A stretch of DNA of 61,519 nt, counting the filler, from Coriobacteriales bacterium (GTDB taxonomy: Bacteria; Actinomycetota; Coriobacteriia; Coriobacteriales; UBA8131): NCBI GenBank assembly GCA_031263105.1. It is 7 parts of 7 records of this genome, joined end to end, with 100 filler letters (N's around TTAATTAATTAA, not from the genome) between each part and the next. Parts side by side here need not be neighbours in the genome. Positions count along the whole stretch, not along the records: positions 46,440 to 52,864 come from JAISGJ010000069.1; positions 52,965 to 57,867 come from JAISGJ010000071.1; 5 more parts are not named here. One strand, written 5' to 3'. Positions within the stretch are counted from its first letter, which is position 1. Every line of letters begins with the position of its first letter. A model generated the notes under the pieces. That model saw nothing but the letters and a program-made list of their open reading frames with translations. It did not search any database and was not told the origin of the DNA. A program made the translations under genes and the position numbers. This document shows, piece by piece, positions 47,903-57,967 of the stretch.

Positions 47903-47926
47903 AACGATAGTGGTTTCCGCAGGTGC

Positions 47927-49021
47927 TCAGGCGGGCTGCTGTTGTGTGATGCAGTGGATGTTGCCGCCGCCGAGCAGTATCTCGCGGGCGGGCACCGTCA
48001 CCACCTCGCGACCGGGGAAGGCGCGGCCTAACACCTCGACGGCCACGGCGTCGTTGGCATCGCCGAAGGCCGGCACCACAAGGCCGCCGTTGGCGATGTA
48101 GAAGTTCACGTAGGACGCCGCCAGGCGGTCGCCCTCAAGGCGCGGCAACGTGCCGTCCACCGCGTCGACGCCCTTGCTCTCCTCGGCGCTGATGTGTATG
48201 GGCTTGGGCAGAGGGAGCTTGACGACCTCCACCTTCCGGCCCCTCGCATCGGTTGAGGCGAGGAGCAGGTCGTGGTTCTCCTTGCTTATCGCGTACTGCG
48301 GGTCGTCCTCGTCGTCCGTCCAGGCGAGCAGGACCACCCCGGGGCGCGCCACGCAGCAGATGTTGTCCACATGGCCGGTGGTCTCGTCGAGGTAGATGCC
48401 GCCCTTCAGCCAGACGACCTTCTCGATCCCCAGATGGTCCCGCAGCTTCCCCTCGATCTCCTCGCGCGTAAGCTCAGGGTTGCGCCCCGGGGAGAGCAGG
48501 CATTCCTCGGTGGTGTACAGCGTGCCCTCGCCGTCGCTGTGGATGGAGCCGCCCTCGAGCACGAAGCCGTCCGTCCGGTAGCTCGGGCGGCGCTCGATCT
48601 CGCATATCTTGCGCGCCACCTCGTCGTCTCTGTCCCACGGGAAGTACAGGCCGTCGTACAGGCCGCCCCAGGCGTTGAAGGTCCAGTCGATGCCGCGCAC
48701 CTCGCCGGTCGCGTCGTTCTTCACGAAGGTGGGGCCGCAGTCGCGCACCCAGGAGTCGTTGTTCGACAGCTCGACGACGCGCACGTCGTCCGGCAGCAGG
48801 TTCACGGCATTGTCGTACTGCGCGGCGCTGACGCCCATGGTCACGGGCTCGAAGCGGCTTATCGCACGGGCGACCTCCACAAAGGCGGCCTGGGCAGGCT
48901 TCGCGCCGAGCCTCCAGTTGTCAGGACGCTCCGGCCAGAGCATCCAGCAGCCGACATGCGCCTCGAACTCGCCCGGCATACGGAAGCCGTCGGCGGCAGG
49001 GACGGTCTCAAGTCGTTTCAT
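47927..49021 (-). CDS. aguA: agmatine deiminase
   Basis: [47 protein letters not shown]. Confidence 0.96.
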   Translation of the reverse strand: MKRLETVPAADGFRMPGEFEAHVGCWMLWPERPDNWRLGAKPAQAAFVEVARAISRFEPVTMGVSAAQYDNAVNLLPDDVRVVELSNNDSWVRDCGPTFVKNDATGEVRGIDWTFNAWGGLYDGLYFPWDRDDEVARKICEIERRPSYRTDGFVLEGGSIHSDGEGTLYTTEECLLSPGRNPELTREEIEGKLRDHLGIEKVVWLKGGIYLDETTGHVDNICCVARPGVVLLAWTDDEDDPQYAISKENHDLLLASTDARGRKVEVVKLPLPKPIHISAEESKGVDAVDGTLPRLEGDRLAASYVNFYIANGGLVVPAFGDANDAVAVEVLGRAFPGREVVTVPAREILLGGGNIHCITQQQPA

Positions 49022-50415
49022 GACAGGTTCCTTTCCTTTGATGCGCCTCGTCCGCTGAGGACCGCAATGACCTCGCCGGCCACAACGGCGACGAGGGCGC
49101 CGACGAGCAGGGTCCAGTCGACGAACCAACCTTCCTCCTCGGGCCAGGTGACGCAGAAGAACAGGGAGACGACCAAGAGGACGAGCGGCACCCAGGTGAT
49201 GACGTTGAGCAGGACGGGGCCGCCCTTGACCTTGAAGGGGCGCTCGATGTCCGGGTCGATGCGGCGCAGCTTGAGGAAGGCAGGGAACAGGACGATATAG
49301 GACGCGAGCAGCGTGATTATCTGCAAGGCGAAGAAGCTCCAGAATATCTCCTCGTTGCCGGTGATCGTCGTGATGAGCGGGGCGGCTATCACCAGCACGC
49401 TCGCGACGACGCCGTTGACCATGCTCGCACCGAACGGGGTGTCCTCCGAGCCCTTCGCGCGCTTGCCGAAGACCTTGGGCAGCGCGTGGTTGTCGGCGGC
49501 GTACATGGCCACGTAGTTCACGCCGAGCGCCCAGGACAGCAGATTGATGACGAGCGTGTAGACGAACATGAGCGCAACGACGATGAGGAAGACGGAGGCT
49601 ATCCCCAGGTTGTCGAAGAAGAAGGCGAAGCTGTCGAGCAGGCCGCCGGATGCGGTGAGCTCGTCCAAAGGCACCGCCACGCCGATGCCGAAGGACGCGA
49701 AGATGTAGAAGGCCGCGACGAGGATGCCGCCCAGCAGGAGGGCCTTGGGAATCTGCCTCTTGGGGTTCTCCATGTCGCCGGCGAAGGTGGTCACGACCTC
49801 GAAGCCGAGGAAATTGAAGATGATGATGGCGATGAACGAGATGCCGTCCACCCCCGGAAGCAGGTCGGCAGGCGACTCAATGGGGTTGGCGACGCCGTGG
49901 GTGACGGCGAAGTAGATGCCGAAGGCCCCGAGCGAGACCATGATGATGATCTTGAAGACGGTGGCAAGGTTGATGAGAATGGCATTCTCGGCCACCGAAT
50001 GGTTGGAGAGCCAGGAGACGAGCCAGACGAAGGCAAGCTGGGCCGGCAGGGCGACGTACAGCGGTATCGTGATGCCGAAGGCCTGCTCGATGACGCCGGT
50101 GCTGAGGACGGCGAGGGAGGCCATCCACAGGGCGAAGTTGATCCAGTAGTACCACGCCACCCTGCTGCCCCATTTGCGACCGAAGGCGCGCTTGACCCAG
50201 TCGAACAGTCCGCCCTCACCCGTATACGTGGTGCCGAGCTCGGCACTGACGAGCCCGTAGGGCAGGAAGAAGGCCACCAGCATCAGCAACCACCAGAAGT
50301 ACTGGCTGTTGCCGATGGCGGCGCTCGGCGCCGCCGCCTCGACCACCAGGATGATGCAGACGGCGGCGAGCACCGCGTCGAGAAGCCTGAACTTCTTTTT
50401 ACCTGTCTTTTCCAT
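49018..50415 (-). CDS. aguD: APC family agmatine/putrescine antiporter
   Basis: [22 protein letters not shown], about 12 TM helices; lies between aguB and aguA. Confidence 0.85.
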   Translation of the reverse strand: MEKTGKKKFRLLDAVLAAVCIILVVEAAAPSAAIGNSQYFWWLLMLVAFFLPYGLVSAELGTTYTGEGGLFDWVKRAFGRKWGSRVAWYYWINFALWMASLAVLSTGVIEQAFGITIPLYVALPAQLAFVWLVSWLSNHSVAENAILINLATVFKIIIMVSLGAFGIYFAVTHGVANPIESPADLLPGVDGISFIAIIIFNFLGFEVVTTFAGDMENPKRQIPKALLLGGILVAAFYIFASFGIGVAVPLDELTASGGLLDSFAFFFDNLGIASVFLIVVALMFVYTLVINLLSWALGVNYVAMYAADNHALPKVFGKRAKGSEDTPFGASMVNGVVASVLVIAAPLITTITGNEEIFWSFFALQIITLLASYIVLFPAFLKLRRIDPDIERPFKVKGGPVLLNVITWVPLVLLVVSLFFCVTWPEEEGWFVDWTLLVGALVAVVAGEVIAVLSGRGASKERNLS

Positions 50416-50552
50416 GATGACCTTCCCTGTCCTTCCTTGTCCGGTTCGCGGCTCGGCTAGCTGCCCGGTTTGCGGCTCGACTTGCGGATCGGCCTGCGAC
50501 GCGGCCCGCGTCTCGGTGCGCAGGTCGCATGCCCGCCCCCTACGTGCCCACC

Positions 50553-51557
50553 CTACGCCAGAAGCTCCTCGATGCGGGCCTTCGCCTCGTCGGCGGCCTT
50601 TTGGTCCACGGCGACGGCCGGGGTGAAGTACGCAAGTATCCCCCGCATGGCGCTCAGGCGGTTGCCGGCCTGCTCAAAGGCGAGGGAGTAGGGCGCATCG
50701 AGCACCTCGTCGGTCACCTCGACGCCGCGCGAGGCCGGCAGGCAGTGCATGAACTTCGCGTGGGGCGCGGCCCGCTTCATGGACGCATCCGTCACCTGAT
50801 ACGTGGGCATGAAGGCGCCCATGTACTCCTCCGGGGTACGCTCCGCATCATAGAGGCCGTACCATACGTCGGTGTAGACGAAGTCCGCGTCGCGGTAGCC
50901 CTCGTCCACGTCGTCGGTGACGACGAAGCTGCCGCCGCTGAGTGCACAGTTCGTGCGCAGGATGGCCTGGTACTCCTCGCCCAGCTGATAGCCCACGGGG
51001 CCGAAGTGCGTGAACTGCCCGCCCATCTTCGTTATGATGAAGCCGAGCGACGCACAGACCTGGGTGGCATCGCCCACAAAGGTGACGCGCACCTCCTCGA
51101 GCGCCTTGCCCTCGGGCAGGTTCTCGACGATGGTGAGAAGGTCGCCGAGCTCCTGGGTGGGATGGTTGTAGTCGCTCATGCCGTTGATGACGGGGACGGT
51201 GGCGAACCGCGCAAGGTCCGCGACGTCCTGATGGCGGTCCACACGCGCCATGAGCACATCGACCAGGCGGCTGAGCACGACGGCCGTGTCCTTGAGCGTC
51301 TCGTGGCCGCCGAGCTGTATCTGCCCGGGGGCAAGGTACTGCGCGTGGCCGCCGAGCTGCGCCATGGCGGTCTCGAAGGAGACACGGGTCCTCGTCGAGC
51401 TCTGCTGGAATATCATGCCGAGCGTCCGATTCCTCAGAAGCGGCGGGTAGTAGCCTGCTTTGATGGCGGCCTTGATCGCAAGGCCGAGATCGACGACCCC
51501 GAGCAGCTCCTCCTTCGTGAACGGGGTGCTGTCGACATAGTCCTTGATACGGGGCAT
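50553..51557 (-). CDS. aguB: putrescine carbamoyltransferase
   Basis: [33 protein letters not shown]. Confidence 0.92.
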   Translation of the reverse strand: MPRIKDYVDSTPFTKEELLGVVDLGLAIKAAIKAGYYPPLLRNRTLGMIFQQSSTRTRVSFETAMAQLGGHAQYLAPGQIQLGGHETLKDTAVVLSRLVDVLMARVDRHQDVADLARFATVPVINGMSDYNHPTQELGDLLTIVENLPEGKALEEVRVTFVGDATQVCASLGFIITKMGGQFTHFGPVGYQLGEEYQAILRTNCALSGGSFVVTDDVDEGYRDADFVYTDVWYGLYDAERTPEEYMGAFMPTYQVTDASMKRAAPHAKFMHCLPASRGVEVTDEVLDAPYSLAFEQAGNRLSAMRGILAYFTPAVAVDQKAADEAKARIEELLA

Positions 51558-51704
51558 ACGTCCTCCTTATCCGGTGCACAGGTGTCTTTATGGGATTCTG
51601 TCGTCAATATATACTGCGTGATGCACCGTGAGAAGCCTCTCCGGCGTTTTTGTTTCACTGATAGTAAAGGTGAATGATTTTACAATTCCCGTAACAAAAA
51701 TACC

Positions 51705-52487
51705 TCAGGAGGGCGAGACGGACTTGGCATCGAGGGTCTTGTAGATCAGAAGCTCGAGGATTATGAGCATTGCGACCTGCGAGGTGAGGTTGATGCCGTT
51801 GAGCTCTATCTCGTCGGCGAACACATAGAAGTTGATGTCGCTCATGTTCTGCACGGTGTTGTTGTCTGCCCGCGTGAGGGAGAGCAGGAAGGGACGCTTG
51901 CCGAGGAAGATATGCTCGATGGTCTGGATGAGCTCCCGCTCCTCTCCCGAATACGAGAGCACCACCAGCAGGTCGTCGTCGTCCAGCATGTCCATCATCG
52001 CGGTGAGCTGGTAGTCCACTTCCGGGAAATACGCCCTGCAGCCGATGGCGAGGAAGAGCTTCTCACAGTACCTGCCCAGCTCGTTGGCGTGCGTGCCGCA
52101 AAGGATGTAGGCGTTCGGCTTGCGCGCAAGCACCTCCAACGCGCGGGCGACCTTCTCGCCAGGCATGACCCGGACGGCCTCTATCACGTTCTTGAGGTAC
52201 TCGTCGGCATAGACCTTGTCGTGCAGCACCGAGGGGACCTTCAGCGTGTGATGGTGGTGCTCCGTGACCAGGAGGCTGTTGATGAAGTCGCTGTAACCGG
52301 TAAAGCCCAGCTTCTGTGCGAAGCGGAAGATCGTCGTCGTGGACAGGTAGCGCTCTGCGGCGAAGCGCTGGATGGAGAAGTCCTTGACCGTGTCCATGTT
52401 CTTCACCACATAGTCGAACAGGCTGCGCTCGCTCTTGTTGAGGCGCTCGAGCGCCCCCTGTGTGACATCGAAGAAATCGCGCGCCAT
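51705..52487 (-). CDS. RpiR/MurR family regulator
   Basis: STTTIFRFAQKLGFTGYSDF HTH and SIS-like LSYSGE. Confidence 0.9.
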   Translation of the reverse strand: MARDFFDVTQGALERLNKSERSLFDYVVKNMDTVKDFSIQRFAAERYLSTTTIFRFAQKLGFTGYSDFINSLLVTEHHHHTLKVPSVLHDKVYADEYLKNVIEAVRVMPGEKVARALEVLARKPNAYILCGTHANELGRYCEKLFLAIGCRAYFPEVDYQLTAMMDMLDDDDLLVVLSYSGEERELIQTIEHIFLGKRPFLLSLTRADNNTVQNMSDINFYVFADEIELNGINLTSQVAMLIILELLIYKTLDAKSVSPS

Positions 52488-52607
52488 ATGACCCCGCCCG
52501 TCTACAAACATCCGCTTCCCTGCGTACTATTGTTACATTATGGCACAAGACGGGGACTCATGTGTCCTGCCGCAGGGCCGTCCCCCTGCTGTCTCGTTCC
52601 CTTTATG

Positions 52608-52864
52608 GTTACAGAGTTCACACCCCCACTGTCATTCCGAGCTCCGCCGAGGAATCCTTGGACACACAGTGTCCAACGGTAGGTCAGGGGCCCTTCGACC
52701 TGCGGTCGACCGCAGGCGCGGTCGAGGATTCCTCGACAGGCTCGGAATGACAGTGGGGGGTCGGGATGACAGTGGGGGGTCGGGATGACAGCGGGGGGTC
52801 GGGATGACAGTGGGGGGGCGGGATGACAGTGGGGGGTCGGGATGACCGTGGGGGGGTCGGGATG
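52608..52864. mobile_element. MITE-like element copy E12 with amplified right arm (cut by gap)
   Basis: GTTACAGAGTTCACACC start; about six 19-bp TCGGGATGACAGTGGGGGG units. Confidence 0.88.
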
Positions 52865-52964
52865 NNNNNNNNNNNNNNNNNNNNNNNNNNNNNNNNNNNN
52901 NNNNNNNNTTAATTAATTAANNNNNNNNNNNNNNNNNNNNNNNNNNNNNNNNNNNNNNNNNNNN
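52865..52964. other. artificial contig spacer
   Basis: N/TTAATTAATTAA/N. Confidence 0.99.
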
Positions 52965-53320
52965 CATCCCGACCCCCCACTGTCATCCCGAGCCTGCCGA
53001 GGAATCCTCGACCGCGCCAGCGGTCGACCGCAGGTCGAAGGGCCTCCCGACCTGTCGTTGGTCGCTTCGCGTCCCGTGGGCCTGTCGGTTCCATGGGCTC
53101 ACCCGCTCAGGGGCTCACCCGCTGCTTCGCAGCTTCGCCCGGAAACAGCACACTGTGCTGTTTCCCAACGCAGCTTCGCCCGGAAACAGCGCACCGCGCT
53201 GTTTCCCAGTCCACCGGACTGTCGCGCCGTCCTCGCTGAAAACGCGATGCGTTCTCCGGGCGCTCGAACCCAAAGATTCCTCGACAGGCTCGGAATGACA
53301 GTGAGGGTGTGATCTGTGAC
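52965..53320. mobile_element. MITE-like element copy E13, long variant
   Basis: Standard arms with an insert of about 208 nt (53062-53269) shared with E1; ends GGTGTGATCTGTGAC. Confidence 0.85.
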
Positions 53321-53355
53321 CCGCCCCCTGTGACCCGCCCCCTGTGACCCGCCCC
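53314..53355. repeat. 14-bp tandem repeat x3 at the element end
   Basis: CTGTGACCCGCCCC at 53314, 53328 and 53342. Confidence 0.85.
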
Positions 53356-53463
53356 CTGTGCCCTCTGCTCCTTCTGTCCCCGCCCCCTTCTCTCCACGGC
53401 ATCGACGTGCTACACTGGTCCCTGTCGAAAAAACGCAGTACAAACGCAGCAGGTATGGAAGAC

Positions 53464-54918
53464 ATGGCAGGGCACACACGTATCAATGCGCCACGGGACC
53501 CCCGCGCGGCACGCTCCGTCTGCATCCTCGGTCAGGGTGTGACGGGGGAGGCTGTCGCGGCGTACTTCCGCTCGCGCTCCGAACCGGCCACGGTCAGGAC
53601 CTATGTGGAGGGGGACAGGATCGACGGCAGCTTCGACTTGGCGGTCGTGAGCCCCGGCATCCCGCCGTACAGCGGCCTTCTCGCCGAGGCCCGCAGCCAT
53701 GCGCGGGAGACGATCGGCGAGCCCGAGCTCGCCTTCCGCCTCTCGCCCGAGCACTGGTGCGCGGTCACGGGCACGAACGGCAAGACCACGACAACCGCGC
53801 TTGTGGCGCACGTGCTCAACGTCTGCGGCGTCAAGGCGCGCGCGGCCGGCAACATCGGGACGACCTGCATAGAGGCCGTGCAGGCGCGTGCGAAAGACGA
53901 GTACCTTGTCGCCGAGCTCTCGTCCTACCAGCTCGCCTATGCAAGCACCATCGCGCCCGAGGCCGCCATACTGCTCAACATCACCCCCGACCACCTCTCC
54001 TGGCACGGCTCCTTCGAGGCCTATCGGGCCGCGAAGCTCAGCCTGCTCGACCGTATGGGCCCGATGGCCCCCGTCGTCGTCGATGCGACGCTCGACGAGA
54101 CCCGCGCCGTCGTCCGCGCACGCCGCGCCGCGCACCGGCGCACGATACCGGTGGGAACGGCCGAGGGGGTCACGGGCGACATGACCGCGCGCTGCGGTGC
54201 CGCCGAGGCGGCCTTCCTCGATGCGCAGGAGCAGCGGCTCGTCTGCGTCGTCGACGGACGGCGCGTGGCGCTCGTGGGGAAGTCTGAGCTCAGGATACAG
54301 GGGGAGCACAACCAGATAAACGCCCTGGCCGCCGCCGCCTTGGCGCTTGCCTTGGGCTGCCCGGCAGGGCGCGTCGCCGAGGGCCTTGCGGGCTTCGAGC
54401 CGTTGGGGCACCGCATCGAGCCCTGTGGGGAGGCCTGCGGGCTGTCCTTCTTCAACGACTCCAAGGCGACGAACCCCGAGGCGACGTGCAAGGCGCTCGC
54501 GGCCTTCGAGGGCACGCCGCTCGTCGCCATGTTGGGCGGGCGCGACAAGGGCACCTCCTTGGACGGGCTCGTCGCCCTGGCGCAGGGCAGCTGCCGTGCC
54601 GTCGTCTGCTACGGCGAGGCCGGCCCGCGCTTTGCCGCCGCCTTCGGGGCCGCCCCCCGCCGCGCCCCCGCCCCTGCCCCCCCTGCGTCCGATGCCGTCC
54701 CCGGGTCGGCCCCCGCCCCCGCCGTCCTGCTGCGCCCCGGCTTCCGTGCCGCCTTCGATGCCGCCCTGGAGCAGGCGCAGGCAGGCGACGCCGTGCTCCT
54801 CTCGCCCGCCTGCGCATCCTTCGACGAGTTCTCCTCCTTCGAGCAGAGGGGCGATGCGTTCAAGGCGCTCGTCGCCGCGCTCCGCGAAGGCGGGGCACGG
54901 GCAGGGGAGGAGGGCTAG
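53464..54918 (+). CDS. murD: UDP-MurNAc-L-Ala:D-Glu ligase
   Basis: VSPGIP, GTNGKTTT, ELSSYQL, NITPDHL, HRIE, NDSKATN, LSPACASFD. Confidence 0.96.
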   Translation: MAGHTRINAPRDPRAARSVCILGQGVTGEAVAAYFRSRSEPATVRTYVEGDRIDGSFDLAVVSPGIPPYSGLLAEARSHARETIGEPELAFRLSPEHWCAVTGTNGKTTTTALVAHVLNVCGVKARAAGNIGTTCIEAVQARAKDEYLVAELSSYQLAYASTIAPEAAILLNITPDHLSWHGSFEAYRAAKLSLLDRMGPMAPVVVDATLDETRAVVRARRAAHRRTIPVGTAEGVTGDMTARCGAAEAAFLDAQEQRLVCVVDGRRVALVGKSELRIQGEHNQINALAAAALALALGCPAGRVAEGLAGFEPLGHRIEPCGEACGLSFFNDSKATNPEATCKALAAFEGTPLVAMLGGRDKGTSLDGLVALAQGSCRAVVCYGEAGPRFAAAFGAAPRRAPAPAPPASDAVPGSAPAPAVLLRPGFRAAFDAALEQAQAGDAVLLSPACASFDEFSSFEQRGDAFKALVAALREGGARAGEEG

Positions 54919-54920
54919 CC

Positions 54921-56609
54921 ATGGCGACCGCCCGCGCCGCGTCGGCGCCCCCCCTCTCCGCCAAGGCGCCCGCCGCGTCCCGCCGTACGAAGGCGCCGAC
55001 CCCTGTGCGCATCCTCGCGCCGCGCCTGGTGTTCATCGCATCGACCGTGGCCCTGGTGGTCTTCGGCCTCGTCATGGTGTACTCGGCCTCCTTCGTGGAG
55101 GCCTTCACCAACCCCGACATCCAGGACAGCTCCTACATCTTCCGCCGTCAGCTGATGCTGGTCGGCGCGGGCCTCGTCGCCCTTCTCGCCACGGTCGTCA
55201 TCGACTACCGCGTCTGGAACGACATCCGTATAGCGCACAGGCTCCCCCTCTCCTGGCTGCCCTGGGCGGCCGTCCTCGTCCTCCTCGTCCTCACCTGGTC
55301 GATGGGCAACGAGGAGCTCGGCGGCAGGCGCTGGTTCGACCTGTTCGGCATCAACCTGCAGCCGTCGGAGTTCGCCAAGGTGGCGATGCTGCTGGTGGTG
55401 GGGATGCTGCTCGTCCGGCTGCGCGAGGCACAGAACGTGAACCCGGTGCTGCTCATGCTCGCTGCGGCCATAGGCCTGCCGACCCTGTTCATCCTGCTTC
55501 AGCCCGACCTGGGCACGGCCCTCATCGCCTTGGCGGGGATAGTCGCCGTCGCCTGGTTCGGCGAGCTTTCCATGAAGCCCCTGGTCGTCCTCGGGCTGCT
55601 CGTGGCCGTGGTCGTCGCTGCGGCCGTCCTCCTTGCGGGCTTCCGCATGAGCCGCATCGATGCCTGGCTCGACCCTTGGGCCTACGCCTCGGATGCGGGC
55701 TACCAGATCGTGAACTCGTTCTATGCCCTTGCCGACGGAGGCGTCACCGGGGTCGGCCTCGGCCTGTCGCACCAGAAGTACCTCTACCTGCCGCAGCCGC
55801 ACAACGACCTGATCTTCCCGATAATCGGGGAGGAGCTCGGGCTTGTGGGGGCCGTCGTCGTCGTCGTGCTGTTCCTGGCCTTCCTGCTCTCGGCCTTCCT
55901 CGTCGCCCGCAACGCGCCCGACCTGTACGGGAGGGTGGTGGCGGGCTCTGCCGCGACCATGATAGGCTTCCAGGCCTTCCTCAACATGCTCTGCATGGTC
56001 AACCTCCTGCCGATGACGGGCAAGCCCCTGCCCTTCTTCAGTGCGGGCGGGAGCTCGATCATCGTCACGCTCATGCTGGCGGGGCTCGTCGTCAACGTCT
56101 CCCTGCGCTCCATGGTGCCGGACGCGGCCGCCGCACGCCGCGACGAGCTGCTCATCCTTGAGAGCTCGGGCGCCCGGAAAACGCAACGCGCCTCCAGCGG
56201 GAACGGGACGGCAGCCCTCCGGCCTTCGACCGCCCGGAAGGCCGCCCCGCCCGCCTCCCTTCGCCGCCCGCCCCGCCCCGCCCCTGCGTCCGCCTCCGCC
56301 CGCAAGGCCGCCGCGTCCCCGCCCGCCCGCCGCGCACCCGCCCCCGCTGCCTCCTCGGCCCCCGTGGCCTCGCGCACCTCCGCCTTCCGCCGCCCGCCCG
56401 CCCCCGCTCCCTCCCGGGCGGCACCGTACCGCCGCCCGCCTGTGCCCGTTCCCAACCTGAGCCCTGCGCGCAGCCTCAAGGCCAAGGGTGCCCGTGCCGG
56501 GGCCCCGAAGGCAGGGCCCCCGAAGGCGGCCCCTCCCGTGTCCGTCGGCACTGCCCGGGCGGGCGCCCCGAAGGCCGTGCGTCCGAAGGCGCAGGGTGCG
56601 CGCCGATGA
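54921..56609 (+). CDS. ftsW: SEDS peptidoglycan polymerase with a long basic Pro/Ala tail
   Basis: GLVMVYSAS, LQPSEFAK, QPDLGT, GYQ, HNDLIF, PMTGKPLPFFSAGG; between murD and murG. Confidence 0.94.
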   Translation: MATARAASAPPLSAKAPAASRRTKAPTPVRILAPRLVFIASTVALVVFGLVMVYSASFVEAFTNPDIQDSSYIFRRQLMLVGAGLVALLATVVIDYRVWNDIRIAHRLPLSWLPWAAVLVLLVLTWSMGNEELGGRRWFDLFGINLQPSEFAKVAMLLVVGMLLVRLREAQNVNPVLLMLAAAIGLPTLFILLQPDLGTALIALAGIVAVAWFGELSMKPLVVLGLLVAVVVAAAVLLAGFRMSRIDAWLDPWAYASDAGYQIVNSFYALADGGVTGVGLGLSHQKYLYLPQPHNDLIFPIIGEELGLVGAVVVVVLFLAFLLSAFLVARNAPDLYGRVVAGSAATMIGFQAFLNMLCMVNLLPMTGKPLPFFSAGGSSIIVTLMLAGLVVNVSLRSMVPDAAAARRDELLILESSGARKTQRASSGNGTAALRPSTARKAAPPASLRRPPRPAPASASARKAAASPPARRAPAPAASSAPVASRTSAFRRPPAPAPSRAAPYRRPPVPVPNLSPARSLKAKGARAGAPKAGPPKAAPPVSVGTARAGAPKAVRPKAQGARR

Positions 56610-57712
56610 GGGCCGTGATAACCGGCGGGGGGACGGCAGGGCACATCAACCCTGCGCTGGCCGTCGCCCAGGAGCTGCGGGCATGCGGCCACGAGGTGAG
56701 CTACGCAGGGACCCCCCAGGGGCTCGAGGCGAGGCTCGTGGCGCAGGAGGGCTTCCCTTACACGGCGTTTGCGGCAACGGGCTTCAACCGCAGGAAGCCG
56801 CTCACCCTGCTTGCCTCATCGGCACGGGTCGCCCTCAGCACCCTGCGCGCGCGGCGTTGGCTCGCCGCCGTCAGGCCCCAGGTGGTCGTCGGCTTCGGCG
56901 GCTACGTGTCCATCCCCGTCGGCCTTGCGGCATCGCAGATGCGGATACCTCTGGCCATCCATGAGCAGAACTCGACGAGCGGCATGGCCAACCGCTTCCT
57001 TGCACGGCACGCCCAGCTGGTCGCGCTCGCCTACGGCTCCGCCGCCTGCGGCTTCAAGACGAAAGGCGCGGTCGAGACGGTGGGGAACCCCGTCCGCGCG
57101 TCGCTGTTCGAGGCGGACAAGGCCACGGCGCGCGCCGCCTTCGGGCTGCCCCAGGACGCGACGGTGCTCCTTGCCTTCGGCGGCAGCCTCGGCGCACGGC
57201 ACCTCAACGAGGCGCTCGTGTCCCAGGCGGGCTTCCTGCTCTCGGTGCACGGCCTGCACATCCTCCATGTCACGGGGACGAGGGACTACGACGAGACGGC
57301 GGCCGCGCTCGCGCAGCTGCCCTCGGCGGCCGGGCGCTGGCACCTCGTCGGCTACTGCGACCGGATGGGGGAGGCCTACGCGGCGGCCGATGCCGTGCTC
57401 TCGCGCGCCGGCGCGACGACGCTCGCCGAGCTCGGCGCGCTCGGCATGCCCGCGCTCCTCGTCCCGTACCCCTATGCCGCCGCCGACGAGCAGACCGCCA
57501 ACGCCCGTGCCCTCGTCGATGCCGGCGCGGCGGCCCTGCTCGCGGACGACGAGCTGGACACGCCCGCGTTCATCGAGCGCCTGACCCCCTTCCTGCTCGA
57601 CGGGGGCTACCGCGCCTCCCTGACGCGTGCGGCGCTCGCACACGGCAACGCACAGGCCCGCCAGACCCTCGCCCGCCTCGTCGCCGAGCTTGCCGAGCGC
57701 CACGGCGCCTAG
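56606..57712 (+). CDS. murG: lipid I GlcNAc transferase
   Basis: GGGTAGHINP, GFGGYVS, HEQN, GNPVR, GGSLGA, RAGA, EQTANA. Confidence 0.97.
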   Translation: MRAVITGGGTAGHINPALAVAQELRACGHEVSYAGTPQGLEARLVAQEGFPYTAFAATGFNRRKPLTLLASSARVALSTLRARRWLAAVRPQVVVGFGGYVSIPVGLAASQMRIPLAIHEQNSTSGMANRFLARHAQLVALAYGSAACGFKTKGAVETVGNPVRASLFEADKATARAAFGLPQDATVLLAFGGSLGARHLNEALVSQAGFLLSVHGLHILHVTGTRDYDETAAALAQLPSAAGRWHLVGYCDRMGEAYAAADAVLSRAGATTLAELGALGMPALLVPYPYAAADEQTANARALVDAGAAALLADDELDTPAFIERLTPFLLDGGYRASLTRAALAHGNAQARQTLARLVAELAERHGA

Positions 57713-57722
57713 CATCGCCCCG

Positions 57723-57867
57723 GTTACTGACACCCCACTGTCATCCCGAGCCTGCCGAGGGATCTTCGACCGCGCAAGCGGTCGACCGCAGGTCGAAGGG
57801 CCCCCTGGCCTGCCGTTGGACACTGCGTGTCCAAAGATTCCTCGGCGGGGCTCGGAATGACAGTGGG
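57723..57867. mobile_element. MITE-like element copy E14 (cut by gap)
   Basis: GTTACTGACACCCCACTG start, standard core. Confidence 0.88.
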
Positions 57868-57967
57868 NNNNNNNNNNNNNNNNNNNNNNNNNNNNNNNNN
57901 NNNNNNNNNNNTTAATTAATTAANNNNNNNNNNNNNNNNNNNNNNNNNNNNNNNNNNNNNNNNNNNN
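57868..57967. other. artificial contig spacer
   Basis: N/TTAATTAATTAA/N. Confidence 0.99.

Noticed and set aside
16153..57967. Six identical TTAATTAATTAA motifs inside N runs
   Set aside because: These are artificial six-frame-stop contig linkers. Adjacency across them is not biological, and the 8-bp flanks of elements cut at facing contig ends do not match each other.
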